A stretch of 64,000 bases of DNA from Epiperipatus broadwayi (taxonomy: Eukaryota > Animalia > Onychophora): NCBI GenBank assembly GCA_028023455.1, contig JAQFVV010000002.1, positions 32,612,001 through 32,676,000 on the forward strand, written 5' to 3'. How positions within the stretch are numbered: position 1 is the first letter of the stretch; every line of letters starts with the position of its first letter. Position numbers and translations under genes: made by a program. Below the pieces are notes generated by a model, which was not told the origin of the DNA, ran no database searches, and was given only the letters and a program-made list of their open reading frames with translations. This document shows, piece after piece, positions 13,298 through 27,005 of this stretch.

Positions 13298-13951
13298 TGT
13301 TATTTTGTAAAACAGCAAAAAAAAACCAAATCCTTTGAGATAGGAAGGTTAATTAATGAAGGAACTTTGCAGATCAACAAGATGAATAATTAAAAAAGTA
13401 ATTGGGCTGCAAAAGGGGTAATCAATCAAAGTAAAACGTAAGTCTAAATCTGCTTCTGCAAGTAAACTGGGAGGGATTGATCCGACCAGGATGGACGGAC
13501 GGACAAGATTTGACCAATCAAATCCAGAAAAATCAGAACTGGTGAAATGAGTGCAAGTGTAAAACATTGGCAAACTGGGAGTTCTACCCGATGCAGATGA
13601 ACTGTGAAAGGCACTGAACATCGCTTATTTAGCACGGTAGCCCCAGAGCAGACTGCTGGACTCCGAACATCCAAGAGTCAGCATATAGGGACTATAAAGT
13701 AGGTTGCATAGATCTTTATTCTTATTTTGGTATACCTTCGGGTTTTATTGATATAAATGTATAATGATTGTTTTAATGTATTCATGTAAATATGTAGATA
13801 TTAGTGTATTGTAATTAAATCTGCTTTTCTTATTCTACTGACATTAGTCTCAGGGATTATGATTCTTGTATGCATATTTAGGCAGGGTAAGGTTGGCTTA
13901 CTGCATAGATTGTTTGCCAGCGAGTATTATATATAACTGGTAGACATAACA
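13298..13951. mobile_element. Possible solo LTR
   Basis: TGTTAT...ATAACA termini around a GC-richer interior. No TSD, PBS or PPT found. Confidence 0.3.
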
Positions 13952-16900
13952 GATCTTTATTAGCATGAATTCGCATTTCCTCACCACAAAGACACTTTTT
14001 CTGTTTCAACAGGATATTTTTATTTTTGCAAATATGCCACAGTGCTGGATTCAGTTGATGGCAATTCCCACAGTTTCAAATACTCCTGAGTTAGAGGCAA
14101 CGGTGGCCATCTTACTTGTTATTGAACGAATTATTGCAAGAACATTATTTGTCACGTGATTGTCAAAGAAATGCTGACATGTACCCTTTCAAATAACTTT
14201 TTGAGGGTTACACATTCCTCATGGAAGCTTCACGTCATTATTAATAAACTTACAACACTAAAGTAAGTTACAGCACATTTAAAAAAAATATGTCTAATCA
14301 AATTTTAAAAAACTACGACTGGCTCAAATATACACACTCTCACACAAAACTACAGAGGTAATAGATATTCAAATATTACGATAAAATGAATAACAAAATC
14401 AACTACAGCAGCCAATAAAGGCATTTCTCTTTGCTTTTAGCATAGAAAAAAAGCCATAACCGGCAGTCATCGTCAGGAACTCTTTCTGTGTTTTATCATA
14501 GAAAGAAGTCTTTGTTGGCTTCTGTCGCTGCCCAACATAACATGAGGACTCTTTTTCTGTGTTTATAGCATAGAAAATTTCCTCTTTTGTTGGGTGAATG
14601 CTGGTGAAATGGTATATTTCTAGGAATTGACCTAGAAATAGCAACATCTTCAGGTGAACACCAGGGATGAGAAAACAACATTAACTTTTTCTACCATGAG
14701 AACCTTTAGGTAAAAGCAACTTTCTCCTGGTGGAGTATGGTCCATGCTCAAGACAGAGTTCAAAACCCACTGCCTGTCCAGTAGATGTCAGAAATGGATC
14801 AGCCCAGCTGAGAATGATGATGATCAGCTACAGAGAAGCCTCAACAAAGATGTAACAATTTTCCCACAGAGCTCTTTAAAATTAATTCTCATAAATTTAT
14901 AAATGAATATCTAAAACCCTTAAACTAGTTAATATTAATCATGCACAAACTTTTAAATCTAAATTGTAATTATGTTTTAATAAACAAAGCTAATTTCCAT
15001 ATGTAAATTATAATTTAACTTTTAAAATAATATCTGTAAACGTGCCTATTTATAAAGTTAAATATAAAATTCTAAATGCTTGTTAATAATAACTTATTTA
15101 GTTATTATTCTATCTTTCTAATCAGTGGTCATACCTTTCTTATTTGTTTTATATATATTTACTTTATAATTTATGCAATGCCCAGTTCAGATTGAAGATT
15201 GATTTTATGAATAAAGTTTGAGGGGAGAGATGATTAGAGGCTCTCTCCAAGACACACACAAAAATCTCTGCTCTGAAAACCTAAATATATTCATTAAGCT
15301 ATTATGTTTAGCTTATTATTATTACTGTTGTTAGAATTAGGTTTGCAAGTTAATAAAGTAATTAGTTAATAAATACAAGAATGAGTTATAAAGCATATTG
15401 TACATATTGTTTAAGTCCCAGATGTGTTTTAGTCTTTTTAGTTATATTAAAAACTATGCAGATTGGCTAATACAATTAGATTACTTTTAAGTATTCCTTT
15501 TAGCATGTTTTAAGAATGCTAATTATGAACTGGCAGATGAGTTTCATGGAACGAACCATAGAATTTAGCGTACTTTTAGTTATTAATTAATATTATATTT
15601 AGCAGGGTGAAGGTGTCTTTAGGAAGCCCATATGTGAATTTACGCCTTGATGTATGTTTTATATGAATGGGCTTCTGGTTTTAATGGCCACCCATCTCCT
15701 TATTTTGGACAGCTATTCTTTAGAAATGGAACACAAGGGTCCAGATTGTTTATAAGCTGCTCTGATTACCAAACTATGTGTTCTATTTATTCACAGAAAG
15801 TCGTACGCTCCATGAGAAGAGAGTACTAGGTACCGAATCCCTTGAGTAACTACACATTCGAGATGTGCACATCTCTAGTAATATATATATATATATATAT
15901 ATAATGTGGTATTATCTGAAGTTATACTACAAAGCTCCAGATCATCCCTCCATAATGTAATATAATATTTCAGCATTGATCTGAATATGTAATCTGATTT
16001 GTACATATATAATCTGCATAGAGGGCTTATTGCAGCTCATTAAGTATTAATAAATGACTTTTATTGATGGATATAGTGATAAGTAATCATTCTTGCCCTG
16101 ACTTAACTGTCACAAATCTAATAGATAATCCATAGTAGAATTAAGGCATGATTAGAAACCATAGATTATAATAATTGTAATCAACTCTTTGAAATATAGT
16201 GCATCAAATGAGATACTGTTGTCAAATTCGATCATCATTGTTTACACCTGTGTGTGTTCTTCAATGCACTCTTGTTTATTTGATTTAGCTTGATTAATTA
16301 AAATATATTAAATTATAATAACTGTGTTGTGTACCATTCGTAATCCATCCTCAATCTTAGTTAAGTTCCTTAATATTAGTGTTACTTATGAATCTATGCA
16401 TTATCTAGCCAGCCATAGGTGTATGTGTGTTTACTAGCTTATTAGTAATTTAATTAATATTCCCTGAGTCTCTTGCTCTACCCTTTGTTACTGCTGGCGT
16501 GCAAACTATTAAACTCTGAGTGTAGCCTCATATATGTCACTCATAGGGTAGTAAAAATGGAGTGTTGTTAGAGGAGCTGAGGTGCAATCAGATTCGAGGT
16601 CTCCACTCCTCATCTAGATCAGCCTTGGTATAATTTGCCAGAACCCTGGGTTTTGTTACATGAATGTACAAGTATGTCCATTACAATAGTAGTAGGCAAT
16701 ACATAATGGTACACATAGGATATTAAACCTATGGCACATAAAATGATAATAAAGATCAAGTATAAGCAGCAAATAGTTCCCAGGTTTATGATTAACTCCA
16801 AAGGCTAGATGATACTCACATTGGATATTCCTTCTCCAATGGTCAGTCTTTAGAATTGAAGTCATTTAAAAAAATTGTTTTTTATATTACCCTATTTAAT

Positions 16901-17699
16901 TTGGATATTTTTATTTCTGGAGTAACTACTGTATTATTAAATTTTATTTATCACATTTATAATTAATCTTTCATTGTAGAAAGAGGTTTATTTTTTTCTC
17001 TTAATCGACTGATTATAAATTTTATCCAAAATCTATTTTTAGTAGATTAAGACAGGTAACCCTCGTTCTATTATTAATTTAGTATACAGTATTTGAATCG
17101 TTAATTAAATTAACTTTTAGTTTATTTTCAAAATAAATTTAAAATTACGCTTTTTTTTCTTTAGACGTAAAATTGTCTCTCTATTCCAGAAGTACAGATT
17201 TTTTTGCCACTAATGTTAACTGCAATAATGTTCCAAATACTGTTTTCTCTAAGCTAAGCATCTCTGTTTACTCTACATTTTTCTTTTCTTCCAAAAGTTT
17301 ACCCAGTGTTAGTTCAAGGGTTCCTTCTTGGATTCTGTAGTATTCTGTTTCTGGAATTTCATTTTAATGGATGTATTTCATGTGGCATCTATATTTACCA
17401 CCATTGAAATTACAGCTTCTATTTGTTTCTTAACCTAGATTTTTCTTTATTTGTCCCAAACCCTAATCTTTAATTTAATATTTGACTTTCTATATGCTAC
17501 AATTGCTTTTTTTTAAAGTATTTGATAGCAAAAGTCTCAATTTAGGTCTAATTCTCCTCATTAATAATTCCATTGAATTCATCCCGATGGAGCTTGGGAG
17601 TGATGAATATATAATCATTTTCGATCGCTAAACAGTTTTTTTGATTAATTCATTTGACTCAGAGTGGCAAGATAGTGCTAGTATGTGTTGTACACAGTG

Positions 17700-18900
17700 A
17701 AAAGTTTCATTAGCAAAAAATAATATTTCTTAAACTCCATGATAAGAGAATATTTCATTAATGATTTTTACGAGTTCAAACCAGAAACCAGTACATGTTG
17801 AATATGCATCTACTATTACAAATATTTTATGCCATTTACATAGACCAATTTGGTGTACATAAATTCTGCTATTATCTTGCATTCTCATGCAATTTAGTGT
17901 ACTCCTTTCTTGGCATGATCCACTCTTTTATGTAGTCTTCAATGTCTGCATTCAATTTTGGGTATCAAACAAAACATCTTGGATAAGTTTAAGTTCAATA
18001 CTTCATCTCTTCACTGGGATGGTGTGAATGCCCTATTACTCATCAATGTTTTTTGGTATTGGTAATTGGCTCCTTGCATTCCAAAATGATAGTGAGCGTA
18101 CATTAAGGTATTCAATAGAGTAGTCTCTGATTATCCTTTGGAATATTTTTTTGTAATCCTCATCTCTTCTTGTTCATTCTGCCACAATTCTATATTTTTC
18201 AGAATCTACTTTCTATAATATCAATACAATGTCTCATGGTTTTCATGATTCATTTTTATTTGGGATATATGAGTGTGTCAGCATGGATTACTTGATTTTA
18301 TTTTACATAACTTAATTCATAATTTTAGGCTGACAGAATTTTGTGTCAATATATCATGCAGACTGAGCTGATTAGATATTGTTTTTTTTTTTATTTGAAA
18401 ATATACTATAGGCTTATGATCCATACCAAATTAAATTGTTTTTTACCATCAAAATGTCACACAAACATCATTTCATATGCTTACACATGCTGTTAATAAA
18501 AGTACCAAACTCTGTAACTTCCTGCATCCATTGTTACAAAGGCTTGTATTTGGTGGCACTACTGTATGGAGAGTTTGGTCCTCTTATTAAAATGTTTTTC
18601 AAATATGTGTTAGTGAAATTTTTTCAAACCGAATATCATAATTAGCCTCTTCATGCAGATGACTATAATTTCAGCTTTTGAAGATAATACATATAATATA
18701 GGCCTTTTGCCTTCACTAATTTTGTGTATTATGACTGCATTAAATCCATATTTTGATGCATCTATTGTCAAAGATATGGAAATTTCAGAATGGAATAGGG
18801 CATGAGTAGTGCATTAATATTATGAAAAGCTGGTTCTTGCTATTCAGTTCTATTTTAGACCCATTCTTAATAGGTCTCATAGGAGTCTCACTATATGTCT
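17700..18900 (-). mobile_element. Degraded Gypsy pol (RNase H and integrase)
   Basis: Hand translation: LTIDASKYGFNAVIIHK..GKRPIYY and IMIFGLKKFH (RNase H); HPSEEMK..YPKLNADIEDYIKE (integrase Zn region); IFVIVDAYS (integrase core). Confidence 0.7.
18455..18590 (+). mobile_element. Short inverted/forward fragment of the hammerhead retroelement family (no ribozyme core)
   Basis: Inverted terminus (ACATC..ATGCTTACACATGCTGTTAA) followed by forward GCATCCATTG..GTGGCACTACTGTATGGAGAG. Inserted in the Gypsy remnant. Confidence 0.7.
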
Positions 18901-19599
18901 AAAAGAAATTCTCTAAAATTTTTATCTCATTTTTAAATATTTGACTCTTACAAAAGTCACCAGAATTTAAATTTGCAGAATATTTCTAATCAAATTAAAT
19001 TATTAAAAAATGAATCCCAAACATTTCTGGACTTCCAAGAAAGATGAAATCAATTTCACATATTTACTTCTCTGTCTATTGATGTTAAAGCTATAGATGA
19101 CAACTTACTACTGAAAATAATAAAAATTCAATACGATTCTGTATTGAACGAAAATTTATGGATGTTGGCATTCCCCAGTTCTATAAGTAGTTATCAGATG
19201 ACCAATTTTCCCATGTGTTATGTGCAATTAAGTGTATTTTAGGTACGTTTGATAGCACTGTTTATGTGAACTATTTTCAGCTTTAAAAAATAATAAAATT
19301 GGGAAATGTGTGCAATTAATTTTAAAAATAATTACAGCTTAACGAATTCAACCCAATCTTGAAGTTTGCTTAATGAAAAATGTCAGGTTTCTTAGAAGAA
19401 AAAAATATAATTTTATTTAAATTACATAAACTTAAAAAAAAACCTTTATACTTCATAAATATTTTTGTAATGTAATTGTATTTTGTACATATAGTATTTC
19501 ATAAGTGTATTTGTAGAGTTAATAATAATATAAATCTCTTTAATTTCTTTTTTTTTTGTAATAGTTTGATCTATAATACTTACTGTGGTTTTTGGTTAT

Positions 19600-19810
19600 G
19601 AACGAACGAGATTGACATATCTGTATAAGATGGATAGATAGAGGTCTTAAACTGGATTCCAAGAGATTTTATAAAGCCTAGAAATAAAACACACCGAGAG
19701 ACGGCTAAAATAAATTTCACTGATATGTTATGATGAAGTAAAGTTAGAGATCACAGAAATTGGATTAAATTTGGAGACATTTATCCTACATTGCATCAAT
19801 AGAGGCTAAA
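19600..19810 (+). mobile_element. RTE 3' fragment
   Basis: TTAAACTGGATTCCAAGAGATT..TTGGAGACATTTATCCTACA matches the 3' end of the intact copy. Confidence 0.65.
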
Positions 19811-21349
19811 CTTCAATACTAAGATCTGAACTTTTTATTAGTTTATTTTTCAGAATTATACAGTTGTATAAAATGGCAGTTTGAATACATATTTTTTAAG
19901 ATAAATCACCTTTTAAACATTTACAAATTTATATTTGCATAATATTCATTGCAAATACTTTTTTTTTTGTTCTTTACTACATTGTATTTTTCTTATTTTA
20001 TAGTTATACTTTATATTTTTAGTAAATTTCCTACTTAGATAGGATGGGTGATGTCTAATCCAAACTGTTTTTAATCACCATTATCATTTCCAACCATTAT
20101 TGATCCACTGAAGGAAGGTCATTTCAAGTTCAAACCAGTTTTTAACTTCTCCATATCACACTAGCAAACTTTCTTATTTTATCCATTCATCTCACGTGGT
20201 ATTTTTTTAGGTCTTTTATGATCTCTTGAAAGCACACTTAAGATTTCAACCATCCATCTATAATTCAATGATGTCAATAATATCTTTGTTTTCTGACCCA
20301 TGTATTTGGTTTTGGGTTCCTTTTTATTAATCCTAATATACAACTCTCCGTACTTTATTGGATGATCTGAAGTCTCTATATTGCTCTTCTGTCAAGTCTT
20401 AAGTCCACGATCCATAAGTAAAAACTGTTAAATCACATTTATTAAAATTTCCCCTTTCAAGCACGTAGGCATATTTCTATTTAATATTATTTCTACCCAA
20501 AGCACTCCATCCAAGTTTAATTCTATGATTATTTTTATCCTTTATGTTTCCATCTGTATTAATAATTTGACCAATGTATTTGAGTTGTTAACTTCTAATT
20601 AATCATTCCTTGATCATTAGTCCTATTTTCTTAGCTCTCTAAAGCTCTGAAGCATTATTTGCAAAAACAACTACATCATCTGCAAAATCTAGATAGCTTA
20701 AATAATCTCCATTCACTTGTAATGTCTTGACTTTCCATTTTAATCTACTAAAAGTTTTGGAGATATGGAGTCATCTTGATGTATACCCTTCTTAACTTTA
20801 ATCTTCTTCGAAAAACTATGTAATTTAATCATTGCTATTGCATTTTGATAAATATTCTTCGGAATGACAATATCCCAATTTTATATTTTGATGATCCAAT
20901 ACTTTAATCTCTGTAGAGATGCTTATAGAATCAAATATCTTTTCACAATCTACAAATCTAAAGCATAATGGCAACTCATATTCATTAATCCTTTCTATAA
21001 CTTCTGTCAAAACTTGGATGTGATTTATTATGCTGAAACCACTTTAAAAATCTGCTTGTTCTTTTATTTGGTTAAAATCCAAAATTTGCTCTAGATGAAT
21101 GGTAAAAATTGTATATGGTAGGTCTATAAATTTTAATATCTTTTATCAAAATTACCACTGCATTCTTCTAATCATATGGTTACTATTTAGATATTTGGTA
21201 TTCAACCTTGCCAACCATTTTTATATTTCTTCACTTGCTTTTTTTAAGATATCAATTGTAATTCCATCATTACTTGGAGCTTCTTCTTCTTCCATCATAG
21301 ATTTATTTGCCTAACTTCTTTACTTAAAATCCTGGTCAATTCAGAATAT

Positions 21350-22202
21350 AAACATCACATTATCACCATTTTTTATGCTTGCTTCTAACCGTTATTAAAA
21401 CAGGCAAAACTCTTCATACAGTAGTGCCATTCAGTGCAAGCCAGAGTAATCAGTGGATGCCAGAAGACTTGTGCATAAAATCCTTATCTAGTGCCTACTC
21501 ATCCAATATCCCCAGCCTAGTTTCTAGCTTGTGGCCATCATCAGTGAGGAGTCTTGAATCTAAGTGGTGCTACTGTGTGCAGAGTTTTGCCTGTTTTAAT
21601 AAGTTATAAGCAAGCATTAGAAATGGTGATCATGTGATGTTTAATACCAATCCTGCTTAATAGGTTAGGGATGGCTATTGTTATTTAAAAACCAAAGACA
21701 CCAAAATGTAGGGTACTAAACTGAGTTCAGACCTATATGACTATATGAGCTAAAGAGCTTGGATTGAAAATATCATAAGAAATGGTGATCATGTGATGTT
21801 TAATGGTTTAATACCAATCCCACCTTATAGGATAGGGATGGCTACCATTACTAAAAAACCAAAATATATGGGTACTGAACTAAGTTCAGACCTATAGGAC
21901 TATATAAGCTAAAGAGATTGGATTGAAAATATTTTTTGTGTTTTCAATTTTATTCTCATAGTTTTGTAGTTAAATAAAGATAAAAGGTGGCTGCTGGAGG
22001 GTTGCATTAGATCCCAAGATCTAAGTGCAGTGTTCTCAGATCCAAGGCTCCTCATTGATGAAAGCCATAAGCTAGAAACTAGTCTAGGGATATTGGATGA
22101 GTGAGCACTAGATAGGGATTTTATGCACAAGCCTTATGGCATTCATTGATTATTCTGGCTTGCATTGAGTGGCATTACTGTATGGAGAGTTTTGCCTGTT
22201 TT
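21350..22202 (+). mobile_element. Composite (inverted plus tandem) insertion of the hammerhead retroelement family
   Basis: TSD AATTCAGAATAT at 21338-21349 and 22203-22214. Contains two cores: 21516-21544 (minus, cleavage triplet GGC) and ~22055-22084 (plus, TTGATGA). The tandem junction shows the terminus running into the start of the next unit. Confidence 0.9.
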
Positions 22203-23334
22203 AATTCAGAATATGTAGCAATTGTAAGGGATATTTTTTCTTGTTCTTTATAGAACTCTTCCATACATTTCATGATGTCATCTTTTTTTTTGTAATAGTC
22301 CCATCTTTTCTTTTTATTGTAAAAATGTTTTATATCAATTCTAAGGTTCTCTTTAATAGCTTTCCTTACAAATTCACAATTAAGTTTTCTTATATTATTA
22401 TTAACTTTTTTTTCATACAATTTTACAAATCTCTAGATATTCAATTCTTCATGATGGATCATATTTATATATTTTCATAATTTTTTTTTGTGCATTGTTT
22501 TGTGTCAGTATAAATTTTTTTGATAAATTACTTTTATATACCAGCTATCTTTGCTGCAATTCTTAATAGTATATCTTATGATTTCATTCAAAACTGAAAC
22601 ATCTTCAAAATCTTGTAATATTTTGAAATTAAATTCTAATTTAAATTGATTAGAATGTTTCTGAAGAACTGTGAATGTTTTTCTTAATTTTTGTCTCTCT
22701 AGATTTGCATTAACACATATCTTTTATTTCCTTAATCAATGATTACTTCTTATGTTGAATTTATTAAGAACATTATTATCTTGAAATACACATTTTCTGC
22801 TAATCAAAATATAATCCAATTCTATGGTACATGGATTTGAATAGTTTGCATTTCCATTTTAATCCCAAAAAATTCATGTTATACAGTTTTTCTTTTTCTG
22901 CAAACTCCACAATTCTGTACCCTCTCGCATTTCTATCAGCATAACCAAATTTATCCACAGCATTTTCGTTCTTCAATTGTTTACCAAGTCTAGCATTAAA
23001 GTATTTCATAACAACTTTGAAATGTTGTTTGGTCTCATCAAAATATTTTGTTCTTCCACATAAAAATCCTCTACTTCATCAGAATGTGAACTCATTGGGC
23101 CATAAATTATCTGTAAATTGAATAATTAATTTTGGTCTTCTTTCCAAAAAATGATCAATCTTCACTTTGCTCTTCCCACTTTTTATTGATAATGAATTCT
23201 ATTCCACTTGTACTTCCAATGCCTTTTAAATCAATTATCTCTTCATTTTTTAATTTTGCAAAGTTCAACAATATTCCATTAAATATGCATTCAATTCTTG
23301 CAATTTTCCTTCATTTGAAAGAGATTAATAATTG

Positions 23335-23600
23335 TAAATATATGTAAGTAGAGGGATTTGAACTTAGAATTTTTCAGTCTATATTTATCTTCTACTTCAT
23401 CTCAAGCAACTGATACATGACCACATATTGCAAAAAGATACATAATCCCCAATATTTGTATTACATGGAGAACCAGCACTTACCAGTTTTGTCAGATCAT
23501 AATCTCCCACATATATATGTAATCAATGCTTACCTTATATTAAGAATTCCTCAAACTTTAATGGTCCAGTTTCAAACCTCTTACCCTTCCAACTATTCAT
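23335..23600 (-). repeat. Dispersed repeat ending in a B-box-like GTTCAAATCC motif (candidate second SINE family)
   Basis: Inverted homolog of ~40960-41410. Weaker relatives lie near 56850-56930 and 60690-60750. Confidence 0.55.
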
Positions 23601-25169
23601 CTTTCCATTTCATTACAAAACTGATGATGAAATGCTCAAAGCCTTTGTTGGATTTGATGTTGTAATCACATATGAACATTACATCAATCTAACCCTCATA
23701 TTATCAGACCATTATGTATTCATATATATTAATAGGAGAGGGATGGGGTGAATTTATACTAATATGTAATCTATTTTCAAGGTAATATGCAATTTACTTA
23801 TACTTGAATGTTAATCTAAATAAAAAGTTGTCATCAAATCGCAGCCTGAATCTACGATCAGGGGATTCTTATCAATCTCACCTTCAGCTACCCAGCTGTT
23901 GTTTTGGCTAGTGATCTTACATCCTCCTAGAAATAAAAGCCATGATTTACTTTTATCCAACATGATTGTAAACATCTATCAAAAATAAGTTCATTCACAT
24001 GCATGCAGGCTCCTTAAAGAAAACTCTACTGACATTTCATGTGAGTTACCAGGCAACTAAGAAGAAAAACCATAATGTTTCTCAAACTTAAACTCAGAAG
24101 TGGAAGGCTAATAAACTCACTACACTGGCCAATGCATCCATGTTCATATACTATAAAAGTCATATATTATTAAAGGCAGTAATGAGAAGAATGCATGGAG
24201 TGGACATTTATGAATTTGCTCTGCTCGATTCCGTTAAAACTTCAAAGAGGAATCAAAGGATCATCGCCAGTTAATAGCAAGCTCTTTTCTGTAACCTGTG
24301 TGACATTTTAAAATTTATATTGGTATATCTTTCCTAGATTTTCTTACAGCAGTAATTAATTATCCATTTTGCTCTTTTTCACATTTATTTGGCTTTTGTG
24401 CATATATTCCAGAGGGAAACAATGTTGTCATTTATTCGTAGATGAGAGAAAACAAAACATGACAAACTCTAGGAAACAAATAGTTATGACATATTAAATT
24501 CTATTTTATTAGTATTACATCCTAAATGATGTAAAGACTCATTAAAAATATGATCAAAATTAAAGTGTTCAAATGACCTGTGGTAAGAGAGTAAACAGAC
24601 AAACTATTATTGACCAATCAGGAATCAAGTCATATTCTTGATTTTAGTTACTTCACCTGTGTCTGAATTGGGAACTTAATATACATTCATTTGATAATGG
24701 ACAATCTTTCAAAAGAGTCAGGTGATGCTAAATATCATGTTTTGTTTATGGTTTTATTATTAGAAATATCTTGATTTTGATGAAATCATTCAATGCTAAA
24801 AAAATAACAACTCCATAATTGTTTATTATAAAGCTATCTTCAACCATTTAAATTGGATATTAACTTTGTATTCCTGGATATTATGATTTTTAATATTACA
24901 TAATTTTAAAAACAAATTCGAAGATAGTCTTAACTAATAATTGTTTTAAGTGATTCTAACAGCTTTTTTTATTATATCTATAAGCAACTAGTAGATAAAA
25001 TATGACTAATAAAATACATATGTAATAAATAAGAAATTGAATGCAGAAGTATATACCTTAATAATAAGGTTTTAGAAGTTAGCTTCACATTTCTTAACAT
25101 AATCAAATCATTGAAGAAAAATAGCTTTTCCAAAATATTGCAAATGCAGTCTTCAATAAAGATAATATA

Positions 25170-25320
25170 ATGAGCATTCCAATAGCTCTAAACAAGCTTT
25201 TCAATAAATGCCACAAGAGAAAGCAATTAAAATCTCTATCTAGAATTATTCCTATCAAACCAGTTACAAGCTAGTGGCTCTCATCAGTGAGGCATTAGGA
25301 CATTCAGACATTTATCAAAA
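25170..25320 (-). mobile_element. Second copy of the diverged hammerhead subfamily (decayed core)
   Basis: Minus strand CTCA-CTGATGA-GAGCCACTAGCTT-GTAA-CTGG-TT; flanks are homologous to 700-870. Confidence 0.6.
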
Positions 25321-25399
25321 AGCTTGTTTAGAGTTATTAGTACGCTCATTATATAACATTTGTAAATAAAAGCTAATTGAGTGATGTAATGTATGATTT

Positions 25400-25610
25400 A
25401 GTTTCCTTTCAATAAAGATCAACATGATAAGAAAATTGCAACTAGTTTGCCCAGAACTGGATTTTAACTGACCCGAAGAATAATCTGGATTTAAAAGTGG
25501 TTTTTGCACAGTGGATAACATTAAGTATTCAGAGAAATGATAGAACCAATAAATGTGAATTGCCATTATGCTTTGGATTTCTAGACTATGAAAAAATATT
25601 GGATTATCAA
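25400..25610 (+). mobile_element. Internal RTE RT fragment
   Basis: SGFKSGFCTVDNI..CELPLCFGFLDYEK. Confidence 0.65.
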
Positions 25611-26754
25611 GATAATGTGACACTACAAAACATCACTATGTCTGCAAAATTATAAAGATTATCCAAATTACAGTGACCGGTATGATGGTGCCAATAGACT
25701 ATAGCCTAGCACTAGATCGCAAAGAATCTTCAATGATTGTAGTGTTAATTTATTTATGTATTATGATGACATAATAAATTTTAAGGCATAATCTTACATG
25801 GACTCTACTAATTATAATTTATGTTCTTACCAGTGGATGCAATAGTTGTTAACATTATAATGAATCAAAGATAAAGGCACTTAAATATGGCTTCAAATAT
25901 TTATTATATTCATTTTCGATACTAATTTCTTTCCCATCCCTTTCAGAGCACTCCAAACTGAATCAATCTAATTTTAAGGCAAAATACAAGTGGAAATCTT
26001 GATTCCCTTCATTACCATTTTAATATACTTGCATTATTTAAGATTTTATACCTTTCCCCCTGAGGGAACATGGGTCACACAAATCCTAAGTTTAATATGA
26101 GACCCTGTCTAAATAGATATGAACTTTAAGGTGACTTATTAATAAGAGTGGATAATAGTGTGTACCACTCAAACTCTCTACATTACTCATTAAATAATTT
26201 TATTCTATCCTTAATGGATGGCATAAGTGTTCATTGTTTGCTTATAGTCATTGGGCATCCCTTTTATATATTCCTGATTCCAGCATGAGTTTCCGATGTT
26301 TTCTTATGAACAGAATTCTTAACTGATCTTTACCCCACTCCCCACCACTATTTGTATTTCAAGATCAAGCAGTTAACATTTTGGGACTAAAATGTACAAA
26401 CATCAAATGTAATGAAAAATGAATTAAAATTCTACATAATTTTAATGAATAAAAGTAAGTAAGATAATACCATACCCCCCTTTTTAATTCAATCCAAATG
26501 ACATGAAAAATCCCTATTAAAAATCCCACACTTTATTGTTGAAACTTTTAATGTACAGCTGACCCAGTTAATGGAGTCTAGAATGCTATCACACTAATTA
26601 GAATAAAAGTTCCTTAAATTAAGTAACAGTTCATATTTATCCTGGTCAATCAGCTGTTTCATTTTTAGCAAGTGGATACTGACCATGTATGGTTTTAGTC
26701 TTGTTGCATGAATACATTGTTTTTGCTTACTGGATCTTGACATATTAAACAATT

Positions 26755-27005
26755 CAAAACAAAACAACACTCTCCATACAGTAGTGCCATCTTGTGCTAA
26801 CAAGAGCAATCAATGGATGCCAGAAGGCTTGTGCATAAAATCCCTATCTAATGCCTACTCATCCAATATCCCCAGACTAGTTTCTGTCTTGCTCTTGTTA
26901 GCACAAGATGGCACTACTATATGGAGAGTGTTGTTTTGTTTTGAATTGTTTAATAACAATTATTGTGCTAGTATGAGATAGTGATCATGTGATGTTTAGT
27001 GGTTT
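26755..27005 (+). mobile_element. Inverted/forward composite of the hammerhead retroelement family (half core)
   Basis: The inverted piece ends inside the ribozyme at GACTAGTTTC (~26876-26885). A forward 3' end and the terminus GTGATCATGTGATGTTT follow. Confidence 0.85.

Larger units (their letters stand above)
20075..24296 (-). mobile_element. Old, originally full-length RTE copy with nested insertions
   Basis: 5' end GGTTACAGAAAAGAG at 24296 is homologous to 41545. EN, linker, RT ([11 protein letters not shown]) and 3' tail are all recognisable. Interrupted at 21350-22202 and ~23335-23815. Confidence 0.85.

Noticed and set aside
13965-14200. Possible Merlin/ISXO2 transposase N-terminus on the minus strand
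   Set aside because: Only a vague IQHCGIF..C resemblance with stops; no matching TIR pair or catalytic motifs found.
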